Below are positions 20,373 to 31,620 of a stretch of 64,000 bases of DNA, piece by piece; positions within the stretch are counted from its first letter, which is position 1, and the number at the start of each line of letters is the position of its first letter. Origin of the DNA: an uncultured Bacilli bacterium (GTDB taxonomy: Bacteria > Bacillota_I > Bacilli_A > RF39 > UBA660); the NCBI GenBank assembly GCA_934101795.1, contig CAKORY010000004.1:18468-82467 (forward strand). Reading direction: 5' to 3'. The notes under the pieces were generated by a model. It made no database searches, was not told the origin of the DNA, and was given only the letters and a program-made list of their open reading frames with translations. The position numbers were made by a program, and so were the translations under genes.

Positions 20373-21399
20373 TTTTTATAAACATAGCATCTCCAAAAGA
20401 GAAGAATCTAAAATCATGTGCTTTAGCATATTCATATGCATTTAGAATATATTCTTTAGTTGCAAGTGTAGAAACTAGCATTACTAGAGTGCTTTTAGGT
20501 AAATGAAAATTTGTAATAAGACCATCAATTGCTTTAAATTCAAAAGCACCAGGATAAATAAATATATCAGTATTACCAGAACAAGCTGTAAATTTATCAT
20601 ATTTATGAGCCACTGTTTCCAATACTCTAGTAGATGTTGTGCCAACTGCATATATGTTTCTTCCTTCTTCTTTAGCTTTATTTAACTTTTCTGCAACTTC
20701 TTTGGTCATTATATAATATTCACTGTGCATATGATGTTTAGTTATATCTTCAACTTCAACAGGTCTAAAAGTGCCAAGTCCTACATGAAGTGTTACATAA
20801 AGGAGCTCTACTCCTTGCTTTTCCAGACTTTCCAGTAATTCTTTAGTAAAATGAAGTCCTGCAGTTGGAGCTGCTGCACTACCTATATTTTTAGCATAAA
20901 CTGTTTGATATCTAGACTGATCTTCTAATTTTTCATGAATATATGGTGGAAGTGGCATTGTTCCAAGTTTATCAAGTATTTCCATTAGAATGCCTTCATA
21001 AATTAGTTTAACATGCACTATACCTTCATCTAATTTTTCTATAACTTCTGCTTTTAACGAACCATCACCAAAAGAAATAATTGTACCAATATGCAACCTT
21101 TTAGCTGGTTTTGCTAGACATTCCCAAATATCACCTTCTATATCTTTTAAAAGAAGTAATTCAATAACAGCTTTTGTATCTATTTTTTCTCCGATAATTC
21201 TAGCTGGTATTACTTTAGTATCATTTAATACTAAAACGTCGCCTTTTTTTAAATAAGAACCTATATTTTTAAATACATCATCTTTTATATTACCATTTTC
21301 TTTATTTAGTAATAAAAGTTTAGATGCTGCCCTATCTTTAAGAGGGGTTTGTGCTATAAATTTTTCAGGTAAATCATAGTTGTACTCTTCTATATTCAT
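20362..21399 (-). CDS. queA: S-adenosylmethionine:tRNA ribosyltransferase-isomerase
   Basis: 345 aa. N-terminal [22 protein letters not shown] and conserved core. Confidence 0.9.
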   Translation of the reverse strand: MNIEEYNYDLPEKFIAQTPLKDRAASKLLLLNKENGNIKDDVFKNIGSYLKKGDVLVLNDTKVIPARIIGEKIDTKAVIELLLLKDIEGDIWECLAKPAKRLHIGTIISFGDGSLKAEVIEKLDEGIVHVKLIYEGILMEILDKLGTMPLPPYIHEKLEDQSRYQTVYAKNIGSAAAPTAGLHFTKELLESLEKQGVELLYVTLHVGLGTFRPVEVEDITKHHMHSEYYIMTKEVAEKLNKAKEEGRNIYAVGTTSTRVLETVAHKYDKFTACSGNTDIFIYPGAFEFKAIDGLITNFHLPKSTLVMLVSTLATKEYILNAYEYAKAHDFRFFSFGDAMFIKKDI

Positions 21400-22076
21400 T
21401 TTATTATTTCCTTTATTGTTTTTACTACTTCATCATTAATATCATCAATCGTTCTAATTATATCATCTTTAACACAAGTAATTTTTTTATAACCATATTT
21501 TTCTGTTAATTCAAGATAGGCAGTTTCAGCTTGCTTTAAATGAGCTTTATTTGATTCATGTTGATCTGGTGTTTCTTCTCTATTTTTCTTTAAAACCGCA
21601 GCATATTCAAAAGGCATATATAAAAATATTACTGCATCAGGTCTTGGAAGCTCCATAATTTCAAATTCTAAAGTGTCTAATTTTTGATACATTTTTGCTC
21701 TTTCTTCTGGTGTCTTTAGCTTTCCACCTTGATGAGCCATATTTGATTCCACATATCTATCAAGTATTACTACATCACCATTTTCTAGATGTTTATTTAT
21801 AATACCTATATTATATCTTCGATCCGCAGCATAATAAGCAGATGCAGCTAAGGCATCAACATTTGGTGCTCCTTCTGGAAACCAACCTTCACAAATATAG
21901 GATTTGCCTAAATATGGTCCTCCGACAATTCTACCTGTTGGTGTATCATACATTGGAAAAGAATAATTATAAACATTTACTCCCATTTCTTTAAATCTTG
22001 CTACTGCTCTTTTTACTTGCGTTTCTTTACCAGAACAATCTGTACCTTCAATTACTATCAATTTACCTTTTTTCAT
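21396..22076 (-). CDS. tmk: thymidylate kinase
   Basis: P-loop [17 protein letters not shown] and the dTMP kinase LID region. There is a 4-nt overlap with queA. Confidence 0.9.
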   Translation of the reverse strand: MKKGKLIVIEGTDCSGKETQVKRAVARFKEMGVNVYNYSFPMYDTPTGRIVGGPYLGKSYICEGWFPEGAPNVDALAASAYYAADRRYNIGIINKHLENGDVVILDRYVESNMAHQGGKLKTPEERAKMYQKLDTLEFEIMELPRPDAVIFLYMPFEYAAVLKKNREETPDQHESNKAHLKQAETAYLELTEKYGYKKITCVKDDIIRTIDDINDEVVKTIKEIIK

Positions 22077-22558
22077 TTTATCGCTTCTTTCTTTTCATAT
22101 ATTACAAATTTATATTTTAATTCATTATCATTATTTTCTTTTAAAATGTTATATTTATATTTACTTTTATCAAAATCTGGAAAATATGTATCTGCATCTT
22201 TAGCATCATCTATTTCTGTTAAATACAACCTGTCAGCATATGGAATAAATAATTTATAGATTGAGAAGCCTCCGATAATCATTACCTCTTCATTTTGTTT
22301 ATTAACAAATTCTAATAAATTATCAAAATTATTAAATACTAAACCATTTTCTATTTTCTCTAGATGCTTTGATAATACAATATATTTTCTTCCTTCAAGT
22401 CTTTTAGGTAGTGATGCATAAGTATTTGCTCCCATTACAATATACTTATGCATTGTTAAATTTTTAAAATTTTGTAAATCTTCTTTAATATGCCATATTA
22501 GCTCATTATTTTTACCAATTTCATTATTTTTACCTATTGCTGCTATTATACTAATCAC
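22073..22558 (-). CDS. folA: dihydrofolate reductase
   Basis: 161 aa, with ISIIAAIGKNNEIGKNNELIW and GGFSIY motifs. Confidence 0.85.
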   Translation of the reverse strand: MISIIAAIGKNNEIGKNNELIWHIKEDLQNFKNLTMHKYIVMGANTYASLPKRLEGRKYIVLSKHLEKIENGLVFNNFDNLLEFVNKQNEEVMIIGGFSIYKLFIPYADRLYLTEIDDAKDADTYFPDFDKSKYKYNILKENNDNELKYKFVIYEKKEAIK

Positions 22559-22566
22559 TTTAGCAC

Positions 22567-23466
22567 CTACTGAGCAAGTGGAAACTTTATAGGTCCCATA
22601 TGTCTATAACGAACAATTTTAATATCATTAACATCTTTAGAATTATCAAAATCTTTAAATTCTTTTATTTCAGGATTTATCCAAAGTTCTGGAGCTTCAT
22701 AATCACCATTTTTTTCAAATCTTTCAATTTGTGTCTTTATACCTTCGACTTGATTTACATATATATGAGCATCTTTAATGCTATAGTTTATAGTACCAGG
22801 TTTTAAACCAGTTACTTGAGAAATTAAAGATAATAAAACTGCATATTGTGTTACATTAAATGGAAGTCCTAAAGGTACATCACAACTTCTTTGGTGAACC
22901 CAAATATTTAAATATCCATCAGTTACATCCCATTCTGTTGACCAAACACAACTAGGCAAAACTGCAGTATTTAAATATTCATCTTGCCAAAGCGACATAA
23001 CCAGTCTTCTATCAAATGGATTGTTCTTTAATGTATCTAATAATTTATCCATTAATCCAAGTTTTTTTACAATAAATCCATAAGCTGTTCCAATGGTATG
23101 GGCATATTCTTTACCAAAATTCTTTTCTATATCTTTTTTAACAAATTTACCATCTTCTAATACATTTTGGTTGGCTCTCCATATACCATCTTCATCTATT
23201 TCCCATTCATCCCAAATGTGTACATTCCTTTCTTGAAGCCATCTTACATCATTGCTTTGCACTTGATAAATCCAAAGCATTTCTAAAATTGCTTGTCTAA
23301 AGAAAAGTTGTTTAGTTGTAAGACATGGAAATTCTTCTTGTAAATTAAATTCTAAATGATAACTTGGTATTTTTATAGTATTTATTCCTGTTCTATTAAC
23401 TACTTCAGTTCCTTCTTCAAGTATTTTTTTACATAATTTTATATATTCTTTATCCCATTTTGACAT
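22567..23466 (-). CDS. thyA: thymidylate synthase (ThyA type)
   Basis: Active-site region LPSCVWSTEW and HQRSCDVPLGLPFN. Confidence 0.9.
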   Translation of the reverse strand: MSKWDKEYIKLCKKILEEGTEVVNRTGINTIKIPSYHLEFNLQEEFPCLTTKQLFFRQAILEMLWIYQVQSNDVRWLQERNVHIWDEWEIDEDGIWRANQNVLEDGKFVKKDIEKNFGKEYAHTIGTAYGFIVKKLGLMDKLLDTLKNNPFDRRLVMSLWQDEYLNTAVLPSCVWSTEWDVTDGYLNIWVHQRSCDVPLGLPFNVTQYAVLLSLISQVTGLKPGTINYSIKDAHIYVNQVEGIKTQIERFEKNGDYEAPELWINPEIKEFKDFDNSKDVNDIKIVRYRHMGPIKFPLAQ

Positions 23467-23477
23467 AATTTACTCCA

Positions 23478-24701
23478 TTAATACCAAAGGGGATATTTAC
23501 TTGTAAGTTCAAGTACTTCTTTTTCAAGATTTTCAAGTATTTCTTCATTATCACTATTTTTAAGTGCTGATGCTATAATATGACCAACTTGCTCAAAATC
23601 AGCTTCTGTAAAACCTCTAGTTGTCATAGCTGGTGATCCTAGTCTTAAACCACTTGTTACCATTGGTGATTCAGTATCTCCAGGAATCGTATTTTTATTC
23701 GTAGTAATATGTATTCTATCTAGTAGATTTTGAGCATCTTTACCTGTTAGTCCACATCCACTTTTAACATCTACAAGAATTAAATGATTATCTGTTCCAC
23801 CAGATATAATTCTAAATCCTTCATTTGATAAAGTTTCTGCTAGAACTTTAATATTTTTAAGAACATTTTCTTGATATGTTTTAAATTCTGGTTGCAATGC
23901 TTCATAGAAACATTGTGCTTTTGCTGCTATAACATGCATAAGTGGTCCTCCTTGAATACCTGGGAAAATTGTTTTATCAATTTTTTTAGCAATTTCAGGA
24001 TCGTTTGTTAAAATTAGTCCTCCACGAGGCCCACGTAAAGTTTTATGAGTAGTTGATGTAACTACATGAGCGTAAGGCACTGGTGATGGATGAAGATTTG
24101 CTGCTACAAGTCCTGCTATGTGAGCCATATCAACCATTAAATATGCTCCAACTTTATCACAAATTTCTCTAAATCTTTTAAAATCGATGGTTCTTGAATA
24201 TGCTGATGCTCCAGCTATAACCATCTTTGGTTTTTCTTCTAAAACTCTTCTTTCAAGTTCATCATAATTGATTTCTTCAGTTTCAGGGTCTATGTCATAA
24301 TCCACTATTTCATAATCTTTACCACTAAAAGACATTTTATGACCATGAGTTAAATGTCCTCCATTAGATAAACTCATACCCATTACCTTGTCACCATGAT
24401 TAAGAAGAGCTCTATAAACAGCCATATTAGCGCTAGAGCCAGAATGTGGTTGAACATTGGCATATAAAGCTCCAAATAATTCTTTAGCATAGTTTATTGC
24501 TTGTGATTCAAAAATATCAATATATTCACATCCACCATAATATCTTTTGCCAGGATATCCTTCAGCATATTTATTTGTTAAAATGCTTCCTTGTAATTTC
24601 AATATATCATTTGATACATAGTTTTCACTAGCAATTAACTCAATATTGTTTTCTTGTCTTTCTCTTTCCTTTCTTAATGCATCTTCTAAAATTTTGTCCA
24701 T
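23478..24701 (-). CDS. glyA: serine hydroxymethyltransferase
   Basis: 407 aa with a PLP-lysine region [16 protein letters not shown]. Confidence 0.95.
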   Translation of the reverse strand: MDKILEDALRKERERQENNIELIASENYVSNDILKLQGSILTNKYAEGYPGKRYYGGCEYIDIFESQAINYAKELFGALYANVQPHSGSSANMAVYRALLNHGDKVMGMSLSNGGHLTHGHKMSFSGKDYEIVDYDIDPETEEINYDELERRVLEEKPKMVIAGASAYSRTIDFKRFREICDKVGAYLMVDMAHIAGLVAANLHPSPVPYAHVVTSTTHKTLRGPRGGLILTNDPEIAKKIDKTIFPGIQGGPLMHVIAAKAQCFYEALQPEFKTYQENVLKNIKVLAETLSNEGFRIISGGTDNHLILVDVKSGCGLTGKDAQNLLDRIHITTNKNTIPGDTESPMVTSGLRLGSPAMTTRGFTEADFEQVGHIIASALKNSDNEEILENLEKEVLELTSKYPLWY

Positions 24702-24702
24702 G

Positions 24703-25527
24703 TTATCTTTCTCCTTCTTTCATTTCTATTAAATTATCTATTATCATTGCTACAGTCATCGGTCCGACTCCTCCAGGGTTCGGAGTAACGTACGAGACTA
24801 TATCATAGACATCTTTATCAATATCCCCCACTATTTTACCATCTATTCTATTTACACCAACATCTATTAAAACGGAAGTCTTTTTTATCATATCTTTTTT
24901 AATTAGATTAGGTGAACCAGCCGCAGCTACTAGTATGTCTGCTTGTTTGGTATAATTTATTAAATTTTTAGTTTTTGAGTGACAAAGAGTAACTGTTGCA
25001 TTTCTGTTTTCAAGAGCAAGTGCTAATGGTTTTCCCACTATGTTACCTCTACCAACTATTACAACATTTGCCCCTTCAATAGGTATATTGTAATGTTCTA
25101 ATAATTTTATAATTCCTTTAACAGTACATGGTAATGTACTTTTCTTATTTAAGTATAAATTATATACATTTGTTAAAGTAAAACCATCAACGTCCTTATT
25201 TGAATCAATTAAACTTGAACATTTATCAAAATCCAAATGTGTCGGAATTGGACTTTGAAGTATAATTCCTGTTACATTTTTATCATTATTAAGTTTATTT
25301 ATTAAATCAATTAGTTCATTTTCATTAATGTCATTATCTAAATTATAAACTTTAGTTTCAATGCCAACTTCACTACAATATTTGATTTTATTTTTAATAT
25401 ATATTTTACTTGCTTCGTTTTCACCAACTTCAATTATAGCAAGTTTAATTTTGAGATTATTATTTTTTATTTCTTCTTTATACTTAATTAATAATTCATC
25501 TCTTAGTTTCTTTCCATCTAATAACAT
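24703..25527 (-). CDS. folD: bifunctional methylenetetrahydrofolate dehydrogenase/cyclohydrolase
   Basis: 274 aa with [18 protein letters not shown] and [11 protein letters not shown]. Confidence 0.9.
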   Translation of the reverse strand: MLLDGKKLRDELLIKYKEEIKNNNLKIKLAIIEVGENEASKIYIKNKIKYCSEVGIETKVYNLDNDINENELIDLINKLNNDKNVTGIILQSPIPTHLDFDKCSSLIDSNKDVDGFTLTNVYNLYLNKKSTLPCTVKGIIKLLEHYNIPIEGANVVIVGRGNIVGKPLALALENRNATVTLCHSKTKNLINYTKQADILVAAAGSPNLIKKDMIKKTSVLIDVGVNRIDGKIVGDIDKDVYDIVSYVTPNPGGVGPMTVAMIIDNLIEMKEGER

Positions 25528-25539
25528 TTATTAACCTCC

Positions 25540-26544
25540 TTAAAATAATGACATATTATGGTCAATACCTAAATGTTTATAAGCTTTTTCACAAGCTACA
25601 CGACCACTTCTTGTCCTTTTTATAAAACCTTCTTGAAGTAAAAATGGTTCTACAACATCTTCAATAGTTGTTATTTCTTCACCAATTGCAGTAGATATTG
25701 TTTCAACTCCAACTGGTCCACCATTAAATTTTGTAATTAATGCTTCTAAATACTCGATATCAACATTATCAAGTCCATAAGCATCAACATTTAATCTTTC
25801 TAATGCCTTAAGAGTTATATCTAAATCTATTAAGCCATCACCTTCAACTAAGGCAAAATCTCTTACTCTTTTAAATAATCTATTAGCAAGTCTTGGAGTC
25901 TTTCTACTTCTTCTTGCCAGTTCCATAGCGGCATCATCAGTTATATGCATATTTAAAACATTGCTAGTTCTTTTAACTATATCAGATAATTCTTCATCAC
26001 TATAAAACTCTAATTTATTAACAATTCCAAATCTATCACGCAAAGGATTAGATAAATCGCCTGCTCTTGTTGTTGCTCCAACCAAAGTAAATGGTGGTAA
26101 ATCAATTTTTATCGATCTACTTTTGCCATCGGTGCCAATTACAACATTGATAGTAAAATCTTCCATAGCTGAATAAAGTATTTCTTCTACAACAGCTGGT
26201 ATTCTATGTATTTCATCAATAAATAAAACGTCTCCAGGTTCAAGTGTAGAAAGAATTGCAGCTAAATCACCACTTTTTTCAATTGATGGACCAGTTGCTG
26301 TTTTAATATTACTTCCAAGTTCATTGGCAATAATATGAGCAAGGGTTGTTTTACCAAGTCCCGGAGGACCATATAAAAGCACATGATCTAAAGGCTCATT
26401 ACGCATTTTAGCTGCTTCAATAAAAACATGAAGATTTTCTTTTATTTTCTTTTGACCAACATATTCATCCAAACTTTCTGGCCTTATATTTTTATCAAAA
26501 ACATCTTCAAGCGTTAAATTACTATCTATTATTCTATCATCCAT
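25540..26544 (-). CDS. ruvB: Holliday junction branch migration helicase RuvB
   Basis: Walker [16 protein letters not shown] and the RuvB C-terminal winged helix. Confidence 0.95.
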   Translation of the reverse strand: MDDRIIDSNLTLEDVFDKNIRPESLDEYVGQKKIKENLHVFIEAAKMRNEPLDHVLLYGPPGLGKTTLAHIIANELGSNIKTATGPSIEKSGDLAAILSTLEPGDVLFIDEIHRIPAVVEEILYSAMEDFTINVVIGTDGKSRSIKIDLPPFTLVGATTRAGDLSNPLRDRFGIVNKLEFYSDEELSDIVKRTSNVLNMHITDDAAMELARRSRKTPRLANRLFKRVRDFALVEGDGLIDLDITLKALERLNVDAYGLDNVDIEYLEALITKFNGGPVGVETISTAIGEEITTIEDVVEPFLLQEGFIKRTRSGRVACEKAYKHLGIDHNMSLF

Positions 26545-27088
26545 TATTTACTCCCCCACTTTCAACTATATTTGCTATTTCAAACCAGTTTTTAACTATT
26601 TGGTGCTTACTTTCTTTTTCATCAGTCATTCTTAATGTCTTAATTTGAGCAGCTTTCATTTCATCTAAAACTTTTTCTTTATCATCTATAAATAGATCTA
26701 GATTATAATCTAATGCAGTATTTACCTTACTGTCTTTAAAAAATACTATTTCATCGAAAGGAATGCTCTCTTTTGCAAAATACATACTAGTTAAATATAA
26801 TGTTTTTAAATTAATCAAATTATCAGTTTTTTCTACACCTCTAGCAGTTATAAATATAATTTTATATCCTAATTTATGCCATTTTTTTAAGACTTCTGTT
26901 ACATTTGGTTTTAATTTTACATTATAAACTATATCTTCTAAATATCTTGCTAAAAAATCTTTAAGTTCTTCTTTTTTAAGATTGTGGTAATCTTGATTTT
27001 CATTATATTTATCATTATTCTTAACAAGGTGGTTAGCCAAAAGTGAAGTTTCAGTTATTGTATTATCAATATCAATTCCAATTTTCAT
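26537..27088 (-). CDS. HAD-superfamily hydrolase, 5'(3')-nucleotidase-like
   Basis: 183 aa with an N-terminal DxDxT motif (IGIDIDNTI) and a C-terminal DD. RBS AAGGTGGTGG. Confidence 0.55.
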   Translation of the reverse strand: MKIGIDIDNTITETSLLANHLVKNNDKYNENQDYHNLKKEELKDFLARYLEDIVYNVKLKPNVTEVLKKWHKLGYKIIFITARGVEKTDNLINLKTLYLTSMYFAKESIPFDEIVFFKDSKVNTALDYNLDLFIDDKEKVLDEMKAAQIKTLRMTDEKESKHQIVKNWFEIANIVESGGVNNG

Positions 27089-27238
27089 TTTGACCCACCA
27101 CCTTGCATATTAAAATTATTATATAACATATTTTTAAATTAGCCAATAACAATTTTAAAATTTTAATACAATTTTATTGTAACAAACAAATATTTGGTAG
27201 TCAAGTTAAAAATTTTTATATTTTTTTCTAATTATGGA

Positions 27239-27267
27239 TTGTAGAAATTAAAAATATAGTGTATAAT
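27239..27267 (+). promoter_or_regulatory. putative sigma-A promoter (TTGTAG-17-TATAAT) for the pilus ATPase gene
   Basis: Hexamers with 17-nt spacing about 25 nt upstream of the GTG start. Confidence 0.4.
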
Positions 27268-27289
27268 AATTAAAGAATAAAGGAATTGT

Positions 27290-28573
27290 GTGATACAGAT
27301 GTTTAGAGATTTTGACTACGAAAATAAACCTGTTGTTGATATCGTAAATGAAATGATCGTAGATGCCATCAAGAAAAAAGCATCAGATATTCATTTTGAT
27401 CCAACTGAAGATTACCTTAATGTCCGCATTAGAATTGATGGGGAACTTTTAGAATATGCTAAAGTTCCTGCATTTGTTAAAAAAAATCTTTTAACTAGAA
27501 TTAAAATTATAAGTGGTATGAACATTACTGAATCACGACTTCCTCAAGATGGAGCCATTAAAAATATTGGAGATATTCAAGATTTAGACTTGCGTGTTTC
27601 TTCACTTCCTATTGTTGATGGTGAAAAAATTGTTATTCGTATTTTGAATTATACAATGTCTTCTGGAGGACTTGAAAATTTAGGCCTTTCACAAAAGAAT
27701 TTAGATAAAATTAATAAATTAATAAAAATGCCAAATGGTATTATTATGGTTACTGGTGCTACCGGATCTGGTAAATCAACCACAGTTTATAGTATGCTAC
27801 AAATTTTAAATACTGTTTCAAGAAACATAATTACGGTTGAAGATCCAGTAGAAATGAAAATTGCAGGAATTAATCAAGTTCAAGTTATGAGTGATATCGG
27901 ACTTACATTTGGAAATACGTTAAGAAGTATTCTTCGTCAAGACCCAGATGTTATAATGATCGGAGAAATTCGTGATGATGAAACAGCTCGTATTGCTGTT
28001 CGTGCATCTATAACTGGTCACTTAGTTTTATCAACAATTCACACTAATAACTCTCTTAATACAATTGAAAGATTACTTGATATGGAAGTTGAGAGATATT
28101 TACTTGGAAGTGCTTTAACTGGTATTATTTCACAAAGACTTGTTAAAAGATTATGTCCAAAGTGTCGTACAAGTAGACCTACTACAAATTATGAAAAAAC
28201 ATTATTTGAAAAAGTTTTAGGTAAAGAAGTTAATGAGGTTTATGTTCCTCAAGGTTGTAGCGAATGTATAAATGGTTATTCTGGCCGTATTGCTCTTCAT
28301 GAAGTTTTGGAAATAACTCAGGAAATACGTGATGCCATTACAAATAATATCCGTAAAAATGAACTTCGAAATCTAGTTTATAAAAAATCTGATGTAATAT
28401 CTCTTTTAGAAGATGGACTTGAAAAAGTAGTTGCTGGACTTACAAGTGTTGACGAAATACTTAGAGTAATTGATGTTGATGATGATATTGGTGAAGAAGA
28501 TACTGATATTAAAGATGCTTTTATAGGAAAAACTACAAATAATATAACAACAGGAGAAATTGAAACTTTATAG
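27290..28573 (+). CDS. GspE/PilB/ComGA-family type IV pilus/competence assembly ATPase
   Basis: 427 aa. Walker A GATGSGKST, Asp/His boxes and a tetracysteine CPKC..CSEC. GTG start with RBS AGGA 5 nt upstream. It is one of the few plus-strand genes. Confidence 0.85.
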   Translation: MIQMFRDFDYENKPVVDIVNEMIVDAIKKKASDIHFDPTEDYLNVRIRIDGELLEYAKVPAFVKKNLLTRIKIISGMNITESRLPQDGAIKNIGDIQDLDLRVSSLPIVDGEKIVIRILNYTMSSGGLENLGLSQKNLDKINKLIKMPNGIIMVTGATGSGKSTTVYSMLQILNTVSRNIITVEDPVEMKIAGINQVQVMSDIGLTFGNTLRSILRQDPDVIMIGEIRDDETARIAVRASITGHLVLSTIHTNNSLNTIERLLDMEVERYLLGSALTGIISQRLVKRLCPKCRTSRPTTNYEKTLFEKVLGKEVNEVYVPQGCSECINGYSGRIALHEVLEITQEIRDAITNNIRKNELRNLVYKKSDVISLLEDGLEKVVAGLTSVDEILRVIDVDDDIGEEDTDIKDAFIGKTTNNITTGEIETL

Positions 28574-28588
28574 TTTCAATTTTTTATC

Positions 28589-28619
28589 AAAAAAAACAAC
28601 CAAATTATGATTGTTTTTT
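28589..28619. terminator. AT-rich bidirectional hairpin between the convergent ATPase and pilin genes
   Basis: AAAAAACAA-11 nt-TTGTTTTTT, a weak stem with only one G-C pair. Confidence 0.35.
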
Positions 28620-29116
28620 TAATTTTCTGCTATTATACCACTATACTTAGCATAAACTATGTCATTTTCTACATAAACATAAACTTTTTCTCTATTTGCA
28701 TAATAACCACTTACAAAGTTTTTTTCTTCATCTGATGGAACCGTAACTTGTGCTTTATCTATAGTTTTATTTATAATAACTTTATAATTTTTTACTTCAT
28801 TATATTCAATAGTTTCTTTTGTATTTAAATAATTTCTATCTATAAGCGTTTGGACTTTAATAGTTAAACATGGTGCTATTTTTTTACTATTTATTTCACA
28901 ACTATGAGCATTTGGGTCTAGGTTTTTTATAAACTCTTTTTTATCATTTCCAAAACTTTCCCCGGCAGCTTCAATTAATTCAATATTAGTGTTCCACAAA
29001 CTTTGATTTATTCCCCTTTTAGCTGCGGCTATACCAATGCTTCCCATCAAAGTAATAATGGATATTATAACTACTGCTGCAAGTAATTCAACTAATGTAA
29101 ACCCATTTTTATTCAT
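28619..29116 (-). CDS. type IV pilin / ComGC-like pseudopilin with prepilin N-terminus
   Basis: MNKNGFTLVELLAAVVIISIITL: a G|FTLVE class III signal with Glu at +5. Confidence 0.75.
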   Translation of the reverse strand: MNKNGFTLVELLAAVVIISIITLMGSIGIAAAKRGINQSLWNTNIELIEAAGESFGNDKKEFIKNLDPNAHSCEINSKKIAPCLTIKVQTLIDRNYLNTKETIEYNEVKNYKVIINKTIDKAQVTVPSDEEKNFVSGYYANREKVYVYVENDIVYAKYSGIIAEN

Positions 29117-29123
29117 AACTCAC

Positions 29124-29678
29124 CTACTTAAGTAATAGCCTTAAAGCTTCTTTAACTTGTTCTTCCAAAGACTTACTGTGATCAACATTATTAATAACTT
29201 TTTTAATTTCAGCAGTTTTATAACCTAAAGCATTTAAAGTGTCCATTAAATCTTCAGTGCTATCATCTTCTACTTCAGTTACATCTATATCAATCTTACC
29301 TTTTAAATCAAGAATTATTTGACGAGCAAGTTTTTCTCCAATTTTTGGAAATTTAGTTAAATATAGGATATTTTCTCTATTAATTGCATCAACTATTCCA
29401 CTTATGGAACCTGTTGCAAGTATAGGAAGAGCAATTTTTGGTCCTAAACCTTTAACACTAATAAGTTTTAAAAATAGCTCATATTCTTCCTTTTCTTTGA
29501 AACCATACAAACTATACTCATCTTCACCAATTTTATTATAAACATAAACTTTATATTCTTTGTTTACTTCATAGCAAAATGGATTAGGAACATATATTAA
29601 AAAGCCTACGCCATTTGCTTCTACAACAATATTATTTATGCCTATCTCAGTAACAAAGCCTTTTATATAACTATACAT
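29124..29678 (-). CDS. ruvA: Holliday junction DNA helicase RuvA
   Basis: 184 aa with the OB-fold N-terminus (MYSYIKGFV...) and the HhH region VKGLGPKIALPIL. Confidence 0.9.
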   Translation of the reverse strand: MYSYIKGFVTEIGINNIVVEANGVGFLIYVPNPFCYEVNKEYKVYVYNKIGEDEYSLYGFKEKEEYELFLKLISVKGLGPKIALPILATGSISGIVDAINRENILYLTKFPKIGEKLARQIILDLKGKIDIDVTEVEDDSTEDLMDTLNALGYKTAEIKKVINNVDHSKSLEEQVKEALRLLLK

Positions 29679-29951
29679 ATTATCACCACTATAATAATAT
29701 CAAATTTATGCAAAATTATCAAGTAACGTTCATAAACTTAAATATGAACCTTTATATAAATAATATTTTATTTAAAAAAGTTAAAAGAATTAAAACTGAT
29801 GAAGAATATATTTTGTATAAAAATAAGCATTCTTATTTTAATTTTTTGAAAAATATAGATATACTTATGATTGATGATAAAAATTCTATAGTCTTTAAAT
29901 ATAGAAATATGCCTTTTCTTAAGTATATTAGTTATAAACATTTTAATGAAA

Positions 29952-29988
29952 AAACTAGTGTTATTGTACTACCACTAAACACTAGTTT
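29952..29988 (-). terminator. intrinsic terminator after obg (perfect 11-bp stem AAACTAGTGTT/AACACTAGTTT + T-run)
   Basis: About 25 nt after the obg stop on the minus strand, followed by TTTTTCATT. Confidence 0.55.
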
Positions 29989-30010
29989 GAATTTGAAAAT
30001 TGGGGATGTT

Positions 30011-31276
30011 TTAGTCTTTGAAAGTGAACATATAATCTAATATTTGGACTTCATCTCCGGGTTTAGCACCCAACTTTTCTAATTCATCTTCAATACCCAT
30101 ACCTTTAAATTTACGAGCAAATCTAAGTACTCCTTCATCTTCATTAAATTTAGTCATAAGAAGAAGTGTTTCGATTTCCTTGCCGGAAACGATCCAGATA
30201 TTACCATCTCTTTTAATATTGTATGGTTTATTATCTTCATATTTATATATTTTAAATTGTTCTTTTGGATACAAATCTTCTTTAGGTGTTTCATCAAGTA
30301 TTTCCATAAGTCTTTCTACCATTTTATCTATACCATTTAAGTCATAAGAACTTACGGGAATAACTTCTAAATCGGGATATTCTTTCTTAAATTTTTCTAA
30401 GTTTTCTTTACCGTTTTCTAAATCCATCTTACTTGCTATAACTACTTCTTTTTTATTTTTTAATATTTCACTATATTTTATAACTTCATTTCTTATTGTT
30501 TTGTAGTCATCGATTGGATTTCTTTCTTCAGATGCTCCCATATCAACAACATGAGCTATTATTCTTGTACGCATAGCATGTTTTAAAAATTCTGTACCAA
30601 GTCCTACCCCACTTGATGCGCCTTCAATAAGTCCTGGTAGATCAGCCATTACAAAGCTTTTGCCATTTTTAAGTTTTACAACACCTAAATTTGGATTAAG
30701 CGTTGTAAAATGATAGGCAGCAATCTTAGGTTTAGATGAACTAATCACAGATAAAAGGGTTGATTTTCCTACACTTGGCATACCTACAAGACCTACATCT
30801 GCTAAAACTTTAAGCTCTAGTCTAACTTCTATTTCTTCGCCAGGCTCACCTTTTTCACTAAATTTAGGAGCTGGCATGTCATGAGTTGCAAAAGATTTAT
30901 TTCCTTTTCCACCACGACCACCATGGGCAACAACAAACTTTTCTCCATCGTTTATTAAATCAGCCATCACTTCGTTGGTTGCTTTATTAATAATGGTAGT
31001 TCCTTCAGGGACATTAATGATGATATCTTCAGCATTTTTTCCATATTTATTAGACCCTTTTCCATTTTCACCTTTGGGTGCTTTAATTATCTTTTTATAA
31101 CTTAAATCTACCAAAGTTTTTAGACTTTTATCTACATTGAAAATTATGCTAGCACCACGGCCACCATTTCCTCCATCAGGTCCACCCATTGGTACAAACT
31201 TTTCTCTTCTAAATGAAGTACACCCATCTCCACCAGGACCTGCCATTAATTTTATATTAAGTTCATCAACAAACAT
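30011..31276 (-). CDS. obg: GTPase Obg/CgtA
   Basis: 421 aa with the Obg fold N-terminus (MFVDELNIKLMAGPGGDGC), G1 GMPSVGKST and DLPGLIEGA. RBS AGGTGA. Confidence 0.95.
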   Translation of the reverse strand: MFVDELNIKLMAGPGGDGCTSFRREKFVPMGGPDGGNGGRGASIIFNVDKSLKTLVDLSYKKIIKAPKGENGKGSNKYGKNAEDIIINVPEGTTIINKATNEVMADLINDGEKFVVAHGGRGGKGNKSFATHDMPAPKFSEKGEPGEEIEVRLELKVLADVGLVGMPSVGKSTLLSVISSSKPKIAAYHFTTLNPNLGVVKLKNGKSFVMADLPGLIEGASSGVGLGTEFLKHAMRTRIIAHVVDMGASEERNPIDDYKTIRNEVIKYSEILKNKKEVVIASKMDLENGKENLEKFKKEYPDLEVIPVSSYDLNGIDKMVERLMEILDETPKEDLYPKEQFKIYKYEDNKPYNIKRDGNIWIVSGKEIETLLLMTKFNEDEGVLRFARKFKGMGIEDELEKLGAKPGDEVQILDYMFTFKD

Positions 31277-31352
31277 AGTTTTTTCACCTCGTTTATAATT
31301 TTAACATATTTTCCTCTCATATTCCACTAAAAGTTGTACATTAGATTTACTA

Positions 31353-31395
31353 GAGTGTGGTCGTGCTGACTTTCCAGCGCGGTCACACTCTTTTT
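31353..31395 (+). other. GC-rich hairpin + T5 (GAGTGTG-24 nt-CACACTC-TTTTT) whose loop TCGTGCTGACTTTCCA recurs in the hairpin at 31659-31703
   Basis: Read from sequence. The shared 16-nt loop motif sits in two hairpins with different stems. Confidence 0.4.
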
Positions 31396-31455
31396 ATTAT
31401 TTAAGAATATAATAGGTCTTTACATATAATATTAATGTCAGTATAGCAAACTTCA

Positions 31456-31550
31456 TGCTATAATCAATTGACATAACTATAAGTTTTATGGTATAGTTAT
31501 GCCGTTAAAGAAGCAAAAGCGTTGGTACAACAAGGTTGCTTCTTTTTTCA
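31456..31550 (+). ncRNA. candidate small RNA: two tandem extended -10 promoters (TGcTATAAT at 31456-64; TTGACA-18-TGgTATAGT at 31468-97) followed by a 9-bp hairpin + T-run terminator (31508-31548)
   Basis: Near-consensus plus-strand promoters in a region where all flanking genes are on the minus strand. The transcript would be about 45-80 nt and end at AAGAAGCAA...TTGCTTCTTTTTT. No ORF. Confidence 0.35.
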
Positions 31551-31620
31551 TTTTCTTTTAAATATCTTTGTATAATCATTTTTACCAAATAAATAATTTT
31601 AACAAATGTACAGCAATTAA

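Noticed and set aside
14093-22806. Antisense ORFs 14093-14335, 15224-15499, 15373-15594, 15824-16021, 18450-18728, 20503-20685, 22017-22259, 22600-22806
   Set aside because: Embedded antisense in the SDR gene, the surface protein gene, ppdK, queA, tmk/folA and thyA. No independent support.
29708-30040. 110-aa plus-strand ORF between ruvA and obg
   Set aside because: No RBS at any in-frame Met, AT-rich low-complexity codons, and the ORF spans the obg intrinsic terminator hairpin (29952-29988). Likely non-coding intergenic DNA.
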